A DNA stretch of 64,000 nt from a plasmid. The notes beneath the pieces are model-generated. The model was not told the DNA's origin. It saw only the letters and a program-made list of their open reading frames with translations, and did not search any database. The stretch lies in the sequence record NZ_CP040051.1; one strand, written 5' to 3'. Positions 19,011 to 30,102 of this stretch are shown here, in pieces. Made by a program: the position numbers and the translations under genes. Position 1 is the stretch's first letter, and every line of letters starts with the position of its first letter.

Positions 19011-19352
19011 GTGCAGTTTAATTCAAGCTCGTGCCTTAATAATGACGAGATGAGAACTATGAAAGAGTCACAACAACAAGACATTGAACTGTCTTCTTCT
19101 TCAGATGAATACAGTACGTGGGGGAATCCTCGCAATTCTCTGAATGTAGATGTTAGAACTAAAGAGTTCTATTCAAATCTGCTTACGCGCATTATCAACT
19201 TCAAGATTATTGTTCTTGTTGCTTTGACATTAGTTGTACTTGCACAAGTTGCCTATATCGCTGTTAAAAGAAATTTTGAACAGCTTGTTTTTGATGATGG
19301 TTCAAGTACTCCTTGTATTTATAACCCTCTAACTAAAACCTTTCGGCAATAA
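19011..19352 (+). CDS. Small inner-membrane protein, first gene of the plus-strand transfer operon (DotJ/IcmM-like by position).
   Basis: Single TM helix (IIVLVALTLVVLAQVAYIAV). The true start is probably an internal Met. Confidence 0.4.
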   Translation: MQFNSSSCLNNDEMRTMKESQQQDIELSSSSDEYSTWGNPRNSLNVDVRTKEFYSNLLTRIINFKIIVLVALTLVVLAQVAYIAVKRNFEQLVFDDGSSTPCIYNPLTKTFRQ

Positions 19353-19369
19353 TAAGCAAGGAATAGGTA

Positions 19370-20086
19370 ATGTCTGAACAAAAGCAGAATCAGAACCCGA
19401 AAACTAAACCTCGTTTTCCAACTACACCAGAACAGGTTAATAGTGGGTTGGTCGAAATGGCCAAAAAGAATGATGAACTTGAAGACAAGATTAAAAGTCA
19501 ACGTCGTCAATTATTAGGCTGCATTATCGGTATTGGTGTGTTGGGTACAGCAGTTGCAGTACTTGGTGGCATTATTGGATTGATGCCAAAAGTCGAATAC
19601 TTTCAGACCGTCAATAATGAAGTAATTTGTAAAATCAATCCGAATGACAATCCTGCATTTACTGACGTAAATGTTGCTGAATTTGCTTCGGAAGGTTTGC
19701 TAAATGCCTATTCACTTGATTATCAAAATGCTGACGCTGATATCAATAACACTTTACGCCGTTACTTCACAGATCGTGGGCGTGAAAGCTTCATTACTAC
19801 ACTACGTCAATCAGGTTTGATTGACCAAATCCGTAACAATTTCTTAGTCCTTAGAACTTCTAAGCTGCAAACACCTGAAGTCGCTAAAAATAATGGCATT
19901 GATAGTCGTGGCAATCGATTCTGGATTGTTATGCAACCAGTTCGCATGGACTACTTCAACGGTAAATCTCAACCGGCTGATACTCGACAATATATGGCTG
20001 AAATTCGTGTTGAAGTTACGCCACGTGATGTCTATAACCCGAAAGGTTTAGGTATCGCCAGTATCGTTTTACGTGCAAAAAATTAA
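19370..20086 (+). CDS. DotI/IcmL-like (TraM-like) membrane-anchored type IVB secretion protein.
   Basis: Position and size in icmL-K-E-G-C-D-J-B synteny. One N-terminal TM helix. Confidence 0.45.
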   Translation: MSEQKQNQNPKTKPRFPTTPEQVNSGLVEMAKKNDELEDKIKSQRRQLLGCIIGIGVLGTAVAVLGGIIGLMPKVEYFQTVNNEVICKINPNDNPAFTDVNVAEFASEGLLNAYSLDYQNADADINNTLRRYFTDRGRESFITTLRQSGLIDQIRNNFLVLRTSKLQTPEVAKNNGIDSRGNRFWIVMQPVRMDYFNGKSQPADTRQYMAEIRVEVTPRDVYNPKGLGIASIVLRAKN

Positions 20087-20103
20087 TTTAGGGAAGTCTC
20101 AAG

Positions 20104-21234
20104 ATGCAGCTAAAGTTTAAAAATCTTGCACTGAGTATGGCGCTAGTCGTTGCTGGTAGTTCTTATGCTGAACCAAGCCAACAACAATCAGGCCAGCAAC
20201 AGCAAGCTACGGCGCAGCAAACTGTGCCTTCTTCTCAACCACAGGGTAATAACCAATCTCAAGGGAATAACCAGCAACAAGGTCAACAGCAAGCCAATAA
20301 TCAACAGGCTCAAGCTGAAGCGCCTTCGTATATTGGAACACCTCCACCAAATACGATTAATTTAGGTAATGTTCAAACTTTTGGTAATTCGTTCCCACCA
20401 CCAGTACGTGTAGCGAAAACTAAAGATGAGATTGTTGCTGAAATTTTAAGTATGGAACTTACCCCGCAACAGGTTAAAAACATCAAGGATCTGCTCTTAC
20501 GTCAAGAGCGGGATGCTTCTACACCATATACGACAACGGCGCGACCAATTGTACGCTCTGTTCCAATTGATTTGAGCCCAGCAGCTCAACCGCCAGTCTT
20601 ACGGCTTTCTATGGGCATGTTAACCAGTATTGTTTTTAGCGATCTGAGTGGTAATCCGTGGGAAATTGAAAAAGTTACGTTCAACAAAGAACTGTTTGCA
20701 GACGACAGACCAGAACAAGGGCAGGGTCAAGGTGAAAAATCTGATATTTCATCTAAAAACACGAACATATTTTCAATTGAACCTCTTACCGCTACCGCTT
20801 ACGGAAACGTGACAGTACGTTTAAAAGGTTTATCAACACCAGTAATTTTCATTTTAGCCACTGGTCAAAATGAAGTGGATATGCGTATTGATGCGCGACT
20901 AGCTGGGCGTAGTCCAACATCTGTCAACTCTTCGTTACGCGCAAATATGAATGCCACTGGCGTTATGTCGAGTATTGATAGCCAGACACTACTATTTCTA
21001 GATGGTACGCCTCCAGTAGAAGCAGAACGCATTAGAACTTCAGATACAAGTGTTGAAGCTTGGAATTTTAACGGTCAATACATTGTTCGTAGTAACGATA
21101 CAGTGCTTTACCCAAGTTATAAATCAACAGCACGTTCAACAGGCGGCACAAGTATTTATGTCTATCCGGATCCTATTAATCAGGTAACGATTAGTAGAAA
21201 CGGACAACCGACTACAGTGTATTTTAATAATTAA
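20104..21234 (+). CDS. DotH/IcmK-like (TraN-like) outer-membrane core protein with a Q-rich low-complexity N-terminal region.
   Basis: Signal peptide MQLKFKNLALSMALVVAGSSYA. Position in the synteny. A Gln-rich repeat tract. Confidence 0.45.
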   Translation: MQLKFKNLALSMALVVAGSSYAEPSQQQSGQQQQATAQQTVPSSQPQGNNQSQGNNQQQGQQQANNQQAQAEAPSYIGTPPPNTINLGNVQTFGNSFPPPVRVAKTKDEIVAEILSMELTPQQVKNIKDLLLRQERDASTPYTTTARPIVRSVPIDLSPAAQPPVLRLSMGMLTSIVFSDLSGNPWEIEKVTFNKELFADDRPEQGQGQGEKSDISSKNTNIFSIEPLTATAYGNVTVRLKGLSTPVIFILATGQNEVDMRIDARLAGRSPTSVNSSLRANMNATGVMSSIDSQTLLFLDGTPPVEAERIRTSDTSVEAWNFNGQYIVRSNDTVLYPSYKSTARSTGGTSIYVYPDPINQVTISRNGQPTTVYFNN

Positions 21235-21242
21235 GGTGTGCT

Positions 21243-22874
21243 ATGAGTGCTGAAAATAATACAAATAAACCAGATGACATCCAGTCTTCGCAAGAGCAAT
21301 TCACTGGTCAAAATGAAGCGACTCACTCGACTCATAATTCCGATCCTGAACGCAGGGATCCATTGACGCCTGAATATGAGACGTTTGAAGAAAATCAGAC
21401 AGCAACTTGGATACCAAGAAATGATGCAGATAATCGCATCAATATGAAATTTGGTGATAAGTTCAAGCTCTACTGGCGTGAAAACGGTGTGTTCCGTTTT
21501 ATCATCATAACTGTTGGTGCAGTAATTCTTCTTATCCTATTTTTCCTCATGAAGTTCATCTTCAGACAGGATGCGCCGGAACAAATTAATCCGGCAAATA
21601 TTAAGATGGATGCTCCGCAAAGCAATACTAAGCAAGCGGAATATGTATCACAAGAGCAATATACAGCTATACGTAAACAAGAAGAAATTCTTGCAAGACA
21701 GGCGGCGGCTAAAGGCGAAAGCTATACACCACGTAATCTTGTTATTGCTCCAACAGATGCTCAAGGTCAAGTGGTATTACCTTCAACATCTAATGCTCAA
21801 TACGGCGCTATGAACCCGCAACAAGCTGGTTTAATGAATAGTACTGGCCAATTAACTTATGCAAATCCAGCAGTGGCAGGACAACAAGGTCAGATGCAAC
21901 AGCAGGGAATGCAGCAAGGCCAACCGCAACCTCAATACATACCAGTTCAAACACAAGATTACGTAAGTGATGTTGCTGCGAATTATGAGCAAAATAACAA
22001 TCAATTTGCGAACTGGTTTGATGAAGAAAGTCAACGCCAAATCACTGCAAATAAAGAGCAAGAACAAACAATTAACAGTTTTGTTCTTAAACAGATTGGT
22101 CAGATCACGGGTGCTGAGTTTGACGCTAACGGAAATATGATTCCGAAGAGCAAAGACAAAAAAACTAAAGCCGGTTCATACGCACAAAAAACCTATTACA
22201 CGGCGCCAGCAAGCGCAGACAATTCCGGAAACGGAAGTAATACAGGTAACAGTGCAAACAATGCTCAGGATGCTTCGCCGTTTTCCGCTAACGGAAATAA
22301 TCCAGTAAACGGTAAAAAGTCCGGAACCGGAAAAGTGTTGATTCCAGCCGGAACTCGTTCAATTGCTCGTTTATTGGGTGAAGTGAATACAGATGACGGC
22401 AACCAAGTCTTTGCACAAGTTACCAATGGCCCATTAAAAGGCCGCAAAGTGTTTGGAACAGTTTCTAAGTCAAATGACAATATTCAATTCAAAATTGATC
22501 GTGTCTTGAGTGATGGTAAGAACAAAGAATTTTCTATCGACGCCGTGGGTCAAACGTTGCAAGGCTCATATGGAATGGCGACATATATCAAACGCCATAC
22601 TTTACAGCGTTATGGTGCATTAATCGCAAGTGGTATTGCACAAGGTTACGGTCAGGCATATAGCCAAGCTTATGGCCAACAAACTTATACAAGTGGTGCA
22701 ACAGTGATTGAGACTAAGGATCCATCTGGTGAGCGTATTGCCGGAAACATCATTGGTCAAGTTGGCCAAAATGCAAGTCAGGAAATTCAGCAAATCGGGC
22801 GTAAACAAGTGACATATATCACTCCAGTCGGCACCGTTTTCTACATTTTCTTTAACCAAGATGTGACTGAATAA
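21243..22874 (+). CDS. DotG/IcmE-like (TraO/VirB10-like) core-complex protein.
   Basis: N-terminal TM helix, a Q/N-rich middle region, and position after the DotH-like gene. Confidence 0.45.
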   Translation: MSAENNTNKPDDIQSSQEQFTGQNEATHSTHNSDPERRDPLTPEYETFEENQTATWIPRNDADNRINMKFGDKFKLYWRENGVFRFIIITVGAVILLILFFLMKFIFRQDAPEQINPANIKMDAPQSNTKQAEYVSQEQYTAIRKQEEILARQAAAKGESYTPRNLVIAPTDAQGQVVLPSTSNAQYGAMNPQQAGLMNSTGQLTYANPAVAGQQGQMQQQGMQQGQPQPQYIPVQTQDYVSDVAANYEQNNNQFANWFDEESQRQITANKEQEQTINSFVLKQIGQITGAEFDANGNMIPKSKDKKTKAGSYAQKTYYTAPASADNSGNGSNTGNSANNAQDASPFSANGNNPVNGKKSGTGKVLIPAGTRSIARLLGEVNTDDGNQVFAQVTNGPLKGRKVFGTVSKSNDNIQFKIDRVLSDGKNKEFSIDAVGQTLQGSYGMATYIKRHTLQRYGALIASGIAQGYGQAYSQAYGQQTYTSGATVIETKDPSGERIAGNIIGQVGQNASQEIQQIGRKQVTYITPVGTVFYIFFNQDVTE

Positions 22875-22883
22875 CAATCGAAT

Positions 22884-23753
22884 TTGGAGAAATTAAAAAT
22901 GTCAAACGAACCACAACAACCTAATTATGATGACGATTTTGACTATCAGACACAGGCACAACAACCAGTTGATTCGACTGATAGACGTAATAAGTTCATT
23001 TTAATTGGCGCAGTTATCTTCGCTATTTGTGTTCTTACGTTCATGTTTATTTCAACAAAAATGAAAAAAGCACCACCGAAAGATCAAACTATTGAAGCTC
23101 CAGCTCCAGATCAAACGGCATATCAACCACCGCCACAACCAGTGCAAATGCAGCCACAACAACCGGTTGGATATTCGCAAAATTCAATGGTGGCCGTGCC
23201 AGAAACGATGCCAAAGTCTACTGATCCAGTGAACGGTACAGTGATGGTTAAAGATATGACTGGTAAAGACGTTGATGCTTATTCCGTGGACGGACAAAAC
23301 GCCATTATTCAATTCAACAATGCTAATGGTTTACAGCCGATCCCATTGAATATGCCAGCTCCAGTAGCGCCAAATATCAATAATCAGGCGAATAATTTTA
23401 ATGAGCAACGTGTGATTACGTTAGAGCAAGAAAATTCACAGCTCAAGGCTCAAAACAATTCACTACGTACATTGGCCCAAGATCAGCAACTTAAAATTGG
23501 ACAGTATCAAGCATTGATTAAAAATGCACGCGCAAACAACGGCGCAAATATTGTGCAATTACGTGAAACTAAAAAAGGTGTTGCTTTGAATAAAGCATTA
23601 CCACGTGGACAAGAAGTAGTAGCGACTGTAGGCAATCGTGTTTGGTTATCTGACGGTAAGCAATATAACTCATATGGAGTAGGCCAACGTCTACCAACGG
23701 GTTATCGCGTTCTTGATGTAAATGAAATGGCTGGCGAAGCTTCATTTAAGTAA
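22884..23753 (+). CDS. DotF/IcmG-like (TraP-like) bitopic protein.
   Basis: One TM helix, a proline/glutamine-rich region and a coiled-coil segment, in the expected position. Confidence 0.4.
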   Translation: MEKLKMSNEPQQPNYDDDFDYQTQAQQPVDSTDRRNKFILIGAVIFAICVLTFMFISTKMKKAPPKDQTIEAPAPDQTAYQPPPQPVQMQPQQPVGYSQNSMVAVPETMPKSTDPVNGTVMVKDMTGKDVDAYSVDGQNAIIQFNNANGLQPIPLNMPAPVAPNINNQANNFNEQRVITLEQENSQLKAQNNSLRTLAQDQQLKIGQYQALIKNARANNGANIVQLRETKKGVALNKALPRGQEVVATVGNRVWLSDGKQYNSYGVGQRLPTGYRVLDVNEMAGEASFK

Positions 23754-23791
23754 CAAAGCTACAAACTAGACCAAGATTATAGGGGGCGCGC

Positions 23792-24370
23792 ATGGAAACT
23801 ATAGATATTTTGCAAAATATGGGTTTCTTCTTCGTAGCAGCTACCGAATTGCTTCGATACTTCTTTGTAGTGTCTGGTTTTTACATATTTCTTCATGCGC
23901 TGGTTGATTTTGTTCAAATTTCACAACCAGCTTTAGCAGGACGATTTATGACTCAAATACGCCGACCAAGCGCATTTGGGGCATCGATGAAACTTATTAT
24001 CGCAGCGTTTCTTTGTACGTTGGGTTTAAGACTTCAGTTGCTAGACATCGTTGGGTCACTCATTAGTGACACAACACCAGCAGGGGTAACTTATTACGAT
24101 TACACACAGTACACAGGCAGCTCTTATACAGACGAGCTCAACTTAGCAGTATTGGTAATCATCGGGGTTTTACAATTTTTTGGATTATTAGCCATTGGTC
24201 GTGGTCTATGGATCTGGCGCGATAATGCTGACGGCATTGCCAAATTATCTGTAGGTCAAGGAACAATGTTCATGATAGGAGGAATGTTAGCTTATAAAGT
24301 TGAAGTTGTGCACGCATTTTTAGCGTCGTGGTTTGGCTTAGACTTTTTCAAAATCATAGGCTTAACCTAG
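23792..24370 (+). CDS. DotE/IcmC-like (TraQ-like) polytopic membrane protein.
   Basis: Four hydrophobic helices, in the expected position. Confidence 0.4.
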   Translation: METIDILQNMGFFFVAATELLRYFFVVSGFYIFLHALVDFVQISQPALAGRFMTQIRRPSAFGASMKLIIAAFLCTLGLRLQLLDIVGSLISDTTPAGVTYYDYTQYTGSSYTDELNLAVLVIIGVLQFFGLLAIGRGLWIWRDNADGIAKLSVGQGTMFMIGGMLAYKVEVVHAFLASWFGLDFFKIIGLT

Positions 24371-24474
24371 AAATGAATATTAATTTTTTTAACATCTGAG
24401 CTGGTAGATCCACTCAGTCCAAAACCAACTCCTAGCCAATTTCGGCGGAAAAAGGAAAGAAGGAAAAATTTTTT

Positions 24475-24894
24475 ATGAGCAAAATCAATAACTTACAGAA
24501 AGTAAAAAACGTTGGTCAAGATATCTATGCACAACTTGGCGTTGCTTTCACTATGGGTTCATTAGGTATTACTAATGCGATTGCGGCTCCAGATACTACC
24601 AATCTAACTGGTGGTAATCGTCAGGGACAAGCAACAGGTGGTGACTCTGTGGGTGACATCCGTGATCGTGGTATTAACGCAATGGATGCATTCATGTCAT
24701 TCCTTCAATATGCGGGAATGTTAGTTGGTTTCATCGTTTTCGTAATGGGTGTTATCGACTTCTTAAATATCGGTAAGCCGGGTAAAGATGCCACTGCTGG
24801 TAAAGCTGGATTGAAGCTCTTGATTGGTGCTGTTTTAGCGGGTGCTGGTTACTTCTACTGGTCTGCTGCGAACTCTGCCTCTGGCAACGTCTAA
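24475..24894 (+). CDS. DotP/IcmD-like (TraR-like) small membrane protein.
   Basis: Gly-rich membrane helices, in the expected position. Confidence 0.4.
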   Translation: MSKINNLQKVKNVGQDIYAQLGVAFTMGSLGITNAIAAPDTTNLTGGNRQGQATGGDSVGDIRDRGINAMDAFMSFLQYAGMLVGFIVFVMGVIDFLNIGKPGKDATAGKAGLKLLIGAVLAGAGYFYWSAANSASGNV

Positions 24895-24972
24895 GCGCGT
24901 TTAAGAGGTATTGTAGGGAGAGCTCCGGCTTTCCCTACAGCTTAATTTAAATATGCGATTAAGGGGATTATC

Positions 24973-25731
24973 ATGATAAACAAAAGCATTCAACTCGATA
25001 CCATAGGTGATACTGAGAAGTTTTTACATGCTTTAAAAATTGATTCTTCTTCCTTTTTCAAAAAGCATGACCATCGTTGCTATTTTTGTGATTTTCGGGA
25101 TCTTCGTTTTCTTGAGGTCCACCATCTAGATGGAAATCACAACAATAATAATGAGTCGAATCTTGTGCCGGCTTGTACTTTATGTCATCGAGCGCATCAT
25201 TTAGCTTGGGTGCTAACAGATCGTTCGGGGTTGTTAGGTATATGTCATGAGTTGGACCAGATCAGAATTAATCATCTACAACGTTTTGTTCTCGTTTTAG
25301 CTAACCATCCGGATCCTAAGCTGAAGGCATTTTTTATCAAGGGTGGGATGTTCCAGACCGTACTTGATAATATTGCAATGGAGTATTACCGTCCGGATGT
25401 TGATGAGAAGACGATTCGTGAAAGTATCGATTCTGAATTCCCTCAAGCAACGATTGATTTAAAAGAATCACTCTTTACTGACCGTATTAATGCAATTTAT
25501 GTGAGACAGTCTCTATCATCAAATGATGGGTTAGAACGCCTCATTTATGCAATTAATGAGGTTAAGCAGAGTAATAAGACGATAGCGCCGAATGCGTTTT
25601 TCCCGTTTGTTCTGTTATATAACCAAAATATCTTTTCTAAAGAGCAAATTGATTATTACCTTTCATTAGATGAGTTTAATCCGGAGAAGTGGACTCAGCT
25701 TTTTGAAGAACAACTTCTTAAAGCCGGTTAA
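24973..25731 (+). CDS. Cys/His-rich HNH-like zinc-finger protein. By position it is the DotN/IcmJ-like component.
   Basis: CYFCDF…EVHHLDGNHNNN…LVPACTLCHRAHH motif. Sits immediately upstream of the DotO/IcmB-like gene region, as icmJ does in Legionella. Confidence 0.35.
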   Translation: MINKSIQLDTIGDTEKFLHALKIDSSSFFKKHDHRCYFCDFRDLRFLEVHHLDGNHNNNNESNLVPACTLCHRAHHLAWVLTDRSGLLGICHELDQIRINHLQRFVLVLANHPDPKLKAFFIKGGMFQTVLDNIAMEYYRPDVDEKTIRESIDSEFPQATIDLKESLFTDRINAIYVRQSLSSNDGLERLIYAINEVKQSNKTIAPNAFFPFVLLYNQNIFSKEQIDYYLSLDEFNPEKWTQLFEEQLLKAG

Positions 25732-26750
25732 TGGAGGTCATTATGATTGAAAGTAACCTAAATCCATTTCTGTTTAGAGCTCTGCCAAATATAGAGCATG
25801 CTTGTATTGGTAACGCTTACGATTTAATGGCCAATCAATTCGAACAAGCGCCTATAAATGTTCAAGAATGGTTTCACTTGCATACCGGCTTTATAGATAC
25901 CGGATTAGAGCTTACTGACGATGTTGAGACGGCTTTTGTAACGATACTATCGAACCAAGTAGTACGTTTACTGGAGCAAACACGATTGCCTTTATTCAGT
26001 ACTCCGGATCCTGAATTAGAACCATTTATTGCCGATAGTATGGATGATGAGCTCTGTCTGGTATCTATTTCACTAGAAAATTTGACGGCGCAACAAATCA
26101 AGATTCGTACTTTATTAGGTTTTGGTCCTCAACTAGTTATATTGAAGTCAAATAGTGATTTTTTTGACATGCATGGGTTCGAGTTGGTAGTAACTGATTC
26201 TTTCCCTTGTACTTCATTTCGATTGTTTATTGAGTCAAGTAAGCGGAATTTACTATCTACATTCAACAAAACTTTTATGCTTCAGCAAAACACTATTGCA
26301 AATGAACTTTTAAATGGTCCAGCAATCTATAGTGATTTATTTAAGCAAGCATTACGTCAACAAATCTGTTCAAAGCTATGTGCTGAAGATGATTTGGAAA
26401 TATCAGTACATGACAAGGAACTTTGTGATGATGCTGGAAATTTATATTTTCATATTGGCTTTAATCAGACATTTAAGCATCAGTTTTTTCATTTAGTTTC
26501 TAAAAATATTCTTATTTCTCCTTTTCATATCGAACGTCTAATTGGCGAAGGAAACGAACTTCTTGAAACACCGGCTGCTGCTCAATCGAATTTAGAAAGT
26601 TTAGTTACATTCATGTTGGTGTACATGGCCATATATGAAAAAGAGGCTCTAGATTCAATCAATTCAACAAATATTAATGATGATGATGTTCTAAATATGA
26701 TTATGTCTAAATTGGAACAACATTCTAATAATTACCCAAGTTTTAGTTAA
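25731..26750 (+). CDS. Hypothetical acidic protein of the transfer operon.
   Basis: Long ORF whose start is coupled to the preceding stop. Confidence 0.35.
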   Translation: MEVIMIESNLNPFLFRALPNIEHACIGNAYDLMANQFEQAPINVQEWFHLHTGFIDTGLELTDDVETAFVTILSNQVVRLLEQTRLPLFSTPDPELEPFIADSMDDELCLVSISLENLTAQQIKIRTLLGFGPQLVILKSNSDFFDMHGFELVVTDSFPCTSFRLFIESSKRNLLSTFNKTFMLQQNTIANELLNGPAIYSDLFKQALRQQICSKLCAEDDLEISVHDKELCDDAGNLYFHIGFNQTFKHQFFHLVSKNILISPFHIERLIGEGNELLETPAAAQSNLESLVTFMLVYMAIYEKEALDSINSTNINDDDVLNMIMSKLEQHSNNYPSFS

Positions 26751-26754
26751 AAAG

Positions 26755-29700
26755 GTGAGATCAGCTATGGTAAGCACTGCGACTCCAAAAAGAGCAGATA
26801 CTAGAAGTACTGCGAATAATTCTAAAGCGAACACCAAGCCAACTAAAGTGAAAAGACGCTCTTCTTTAGTGTCTTCACTTGAGCTGATACTCGTATCGCT
26901 TGCGAAAATGTTTAAAGCTTCAGCAAATGACTATTGTGAAATAGAAACGGTTGATGGTCGTTTCAATTTGGTCATGCAAGACGGTACGATGGTTACGATC
27001 TTGAAGTATGAAGGTATTCGTTCAACAATTGATTATCACCAAACATTTATGGGTGAAATTGACCGCTTAAATAACTATCTGAAGAATAATTTAAATGCAG
27101 TAAACAGCCATAAGATTATGGTGTTATTTAGACGTGATGATGCAGTAAATTCAGAATTAAATCGTATTGTTGATATCCAGAAAAATACAGCACGTAAAGT
27201 CAATATTCGTCTGGATTCTTTCATTGATGAAATGCGTGATGTTTATGCACCGTATATTTACGATGAAGAGATCTATTTTGCTTTAATGACCAATCCGAAA
27301 ATTTTGGATAAATCCGAAATTGCCGGTGATTATAGACGAACTGCTGATATTGTTAAGAAATACAATATTCCACCGATGTCAGATGCACAGAACCTTTTAC
27401 ATGGCTTGTCTTCGTTAAAATCAATTCATGATACATTCGTATCTGGTGTGATTAGTGAACTTGAACATCAAGACTTTAAAGGGGTTGTAGATAAGCTAGA
27501 TGTAAGTGCTGCTATTACGGCAACTGGCCGTATGATGAATCCACGCTACTTTGATCCAAACTTTAAAGCATTTTTGCCGAATAGTGGAATGCCTATTCCT
27601 TTACGTTGGAAAAACCGTACTGATCCTCAAGATCTGTCTCACGTTTTATATCCTCGTATTTCTGATCAATTAATGACTCAGACGATTACTCCATTAAACA
27701 GTAAAGATAAAGCCGGAGACATCACTGTTCCAAAAAGTGCTGTTCAATGCGGTGATATGGTCTATGTTCCAATTCCTTTAAAAACACCTCCATCACCAAG
27801 TTTTTCAGGCACATCTTCTGTAATGCCTACATTTATTGATTTCTTCGACCGAATGAATCAACAAACAACTGAAACATCAGATGGTTCAAGTCGTGCAATT
27901 CCTTATGCCGTCTCATTTATGTTATCTGGCGATGGGATGGCATCTATCGGTATCAAACGAGCCGTAACGGCGGTAGTAGGCTGGCAAGGAGCTGCAAACC
28001 AGCAAATTAAGGCCGCTGGTGATTCATTGCAGCGTTATAAAGATTATGGTGGTTGTGTAGTCGGTTTACAGGTTTCGCTCATGACTTGGGATGAAGCTAC
28101 TCCAAGAGGTATTGAGCGTTTACAGATTCGCCGATCTAAACTTTGGCGTGCTGCACAAAACTGGGGACATGCCGTTCCACTAGAGCGTACAGGAGATGCT
28201 GTTAAAGCTTATTTAACTCATTTTCCTTTATCTACTATGCATCATGCGCCACTTTGCCCAGCACCTTTACCTGATGCATTGCATTTACTTCCTCTTGACC
28301 GGCCAGCTTCCCCATTTAAAAAGGGTACAATGGTACAACGTACACCTTGCGGAAAATTAATTCGTATCGAGCACTTCTCTGAAGAGCTGGCATATAACTA
28401 CACCATTATTTCCGGTACGATGGGTTCCGGTAAATCGATGCGTATGAACGATGAGCTGTTTGAAGCTTGTTTGGCGGCCGGTCTAGAACGCTTACCTTAT
28501 ATCTTTATTTCAGACGTTGGTGTGTCATCTTCAGGTCTGGTTTATGGCATCCAGAATGCTTTAGATCCTTCACGCAAACATTGGTGCGTGTATAAGCGAA
28601 TCTCGAAGAGTGCTAAGGACGCAATTAACCCGATGGAAACTGCGGTTGGTCTTCAGTATCCATTATCAAACGAGTTTGATCAGATCCGCGCATTCCTTGT
28701 AACGCTTGTTACTCCAGCGGAAAACGAACATCCTGAACCTGAGATGAGCGCGGTAATCTCTTTGATTATTCGTGAAGCATTTAAATTCTTTGCTACTGAT
28801 AATGATCAAAGTCAGCCAAAGATCTATCAAACAGGTCAGTCACATGAATTAGATCTACTTTTACGTGAATTAAGAATTTCATTATCTGAAACACTTCCGT
28901 TGCATGATCTGGCTTTATTGTGTCATCAACTTGCTGAACAAATTGTTTCTAATGAAGAAATACAACAAGTTAGAAAGAATAAGCTTTTACGTGCACGTAA
29001 TTTGGCACACCGTTATGCAATGCCAATTTTGAGTGACTTAATTACGGTTGCCAAGAAAGAAGAAATTCAGCGTATTTATGGTGATTATAAAACCTCACAC
29101 GGCGAAAATATTCTTGATGCAGTAACCCGTTCTCTTTCTCAAGCAGCAAACGATTACCCTAACTTTAGTACGTTTACTCAATTTGATATTTCTGACGCGC
29201 GTATTGCTTCTGTGGATCTGCAAGACGTAATTGTTAAAAACAACCGTAAAAATAACTCATTGTTCTTCCAGATCGTGCGTATGTTCTATAAAAAACGTAT
29301 CGCATACAGTGAGGAAGACTTAACCCGTGGTGAGATACCTAAAGATTATCTTGACTATTACAGCAATTTAGTTGCAGAGCTGAAAATCGATAAAAAATAT
29401 ATGGTTTTCGATGAGATGCACAACATTAAATCTGACAACTTTATGATTGCTGAACTTGAGCGTGACAGTCGTGAGATCCGTAAATGGGGTATTGCTTACT
29501 ACTTAAGTTCACAATATATCAGTGACTTTGGCATTCTTACCAAAGCTGCCAGTCGTTTTGTTGTATGTTCTCAAGGTTCACCTGAAGAACGTAAAGACAT
29601 TGTGAAATACTTACAACTTACTCCAGCTCAAGAAAAACGTTTAACTTCCATTGTGGGTTTACGTTCATCTGGTATGACGTACCTTTCTAAAGTGATTAAC

Positions 29701-30039
29701 GAGCGTAATGATCAATATGTTCAATTCTTCACCTCTATGATTGGGCCTAAACGCCTTTGGTTATTAACGACGAATCCGGAAGATCAGGCAGTTCGAAGCA
29801 TCATGCGTAAAAAACATGATCTGGAGACATGTATTGATATCTTGGCTACAGTGCATCCCCGTGGTGTGAAAACCATTGTAAATACCCTGAAAGAGCAACG
29901 TGCTCTTGAAATCACTTCTTCAGCAGCTTTAAGTCTGGAAGAGGAAGAGAATATTAAGCTGGGTATTTATACCGAACTGGTGGATGAGGCGATTAAAACT
30001 TATAACTTCATTCAAAGCCAAAAACTCAGAGTTGCATAA
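26755..30039 (+). CDS. DotO/IcmB-like (TraU-like) VirB4-family secretion ATPase.
   Basis: 1094 aa with Walker A TIISGTMGSGKSM, and matching size and position. Confidence 0.65.
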   Translation: MRSAMVSTATPKRADTRSTANNSKANTKPTKVKRRSSLVSSLELILVSLAKMFKASANDYCEIETVDGRFNLVMQDGTMVTILKYEGIRSTIDYHQTFMGEIDRLNNYLKNNLNAVNSHKIMVLFRRDDAVNSELNRIVDIQKNTARKVNIRLDSFIDEMRDVYAPYIYDEEIYFALMTNPKILDKSEIAGDYRRTADIVKKYNIPPMSDAQNLLHGLSSLKSIHDTFVSGVISELEHQDFKGVVDKLDVSAAITATGRMMNPRYFDPNFKAFLPNSGMPIPLRWKNRTDPQDLSHVLYPRISDQLMTQTITPLNSKDKAGDITVPKSAVQCGDMVYVPIPLKTPPSPSFSGTSSVMPTFIDFFDRMNQQTTETSDGSSRAIPYAVSFMLSGDGMASIGIKRAVTAVVGWQGAANQQIKAAGDSLQRYKDYGGCVVGLQVSLMTWDEATPRGIERLQIRRSKLWRAAQNWGHAVPLERTGDAVKAYLTHFPLSTMHHAPLCPAPLPDALHLLPLDRPASPFKKGTMVQRTPCGKLIRIEHFSEELAYNYTIISGTMGSGKSMRMNDELFEACLAAGLERLPYIFISDVGVSSSGLVYGIQNALDPSRKHWCVYKRISKSAKDAINPMETAVGLQYPLSNEFDQIRAFLVTLVTPAENEHPEPEMSAVISLIIREAFKFFATDNDQSQPKIYQTGQSHELDLLLRELRISLSETLPLHDLALLCHQLAEQIVSNEEIQQVRKNKLLRARNLAHRYAMPILSDLITVAKKEEIQRIYGDYKTSHGENILDAVTRSLSQAANDYPNFSTFTQFDISDARIASVDLQDVIVKNNRKNNSLFFQIVRMFYKKRIAYSEEDLTRGEIPKDYLDYYSNLVAELKIDKKYMVFDEMHNIKSDNFMIAELERDSREIRKWGIAYYLSSQYISDFGILTKAASRFVVCSQGSPEERKDIVKYLQLTPAQEKRLTSIVGLRSSGMTYLSKVINERNDQYVQFFTSMIGPKRLWLLTTNPEDQAVRSIMRKKHDLETCIDILATVHPRGVKTIVNTLKEQRALEITSSAALSLEEEENIKLGIYTELVDEAIKTYNFIQSQKLRVA

Positions 30040-30048
30040 TTAAGGTTA

Positions 30049-30084
30049 AGGAAAAAGCTTTCATTTATGAAACCTTTTTCCTTT
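30049..30084 (+). terminator. Hairpin terminator after the large ATPase gene.
   Basis: AAGGAAAAAG…CTTTTTCCTT inverted repeat followed by a T-rich run. Confidence 0.45.
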
Positions 30085-30102
30085 ATTTCAGAAATTTGAG
30101 TC

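Noticed and set aside
22210-23300. Extra copies of the (C/A)GTAAACGG / GTGAACGG motif inside the DotG-like and DotF-like genes
   Set aside because: These are isolated 8–10-mers at roughly chance frequency for a 64-kb window, without the paired 18-nt phasing.
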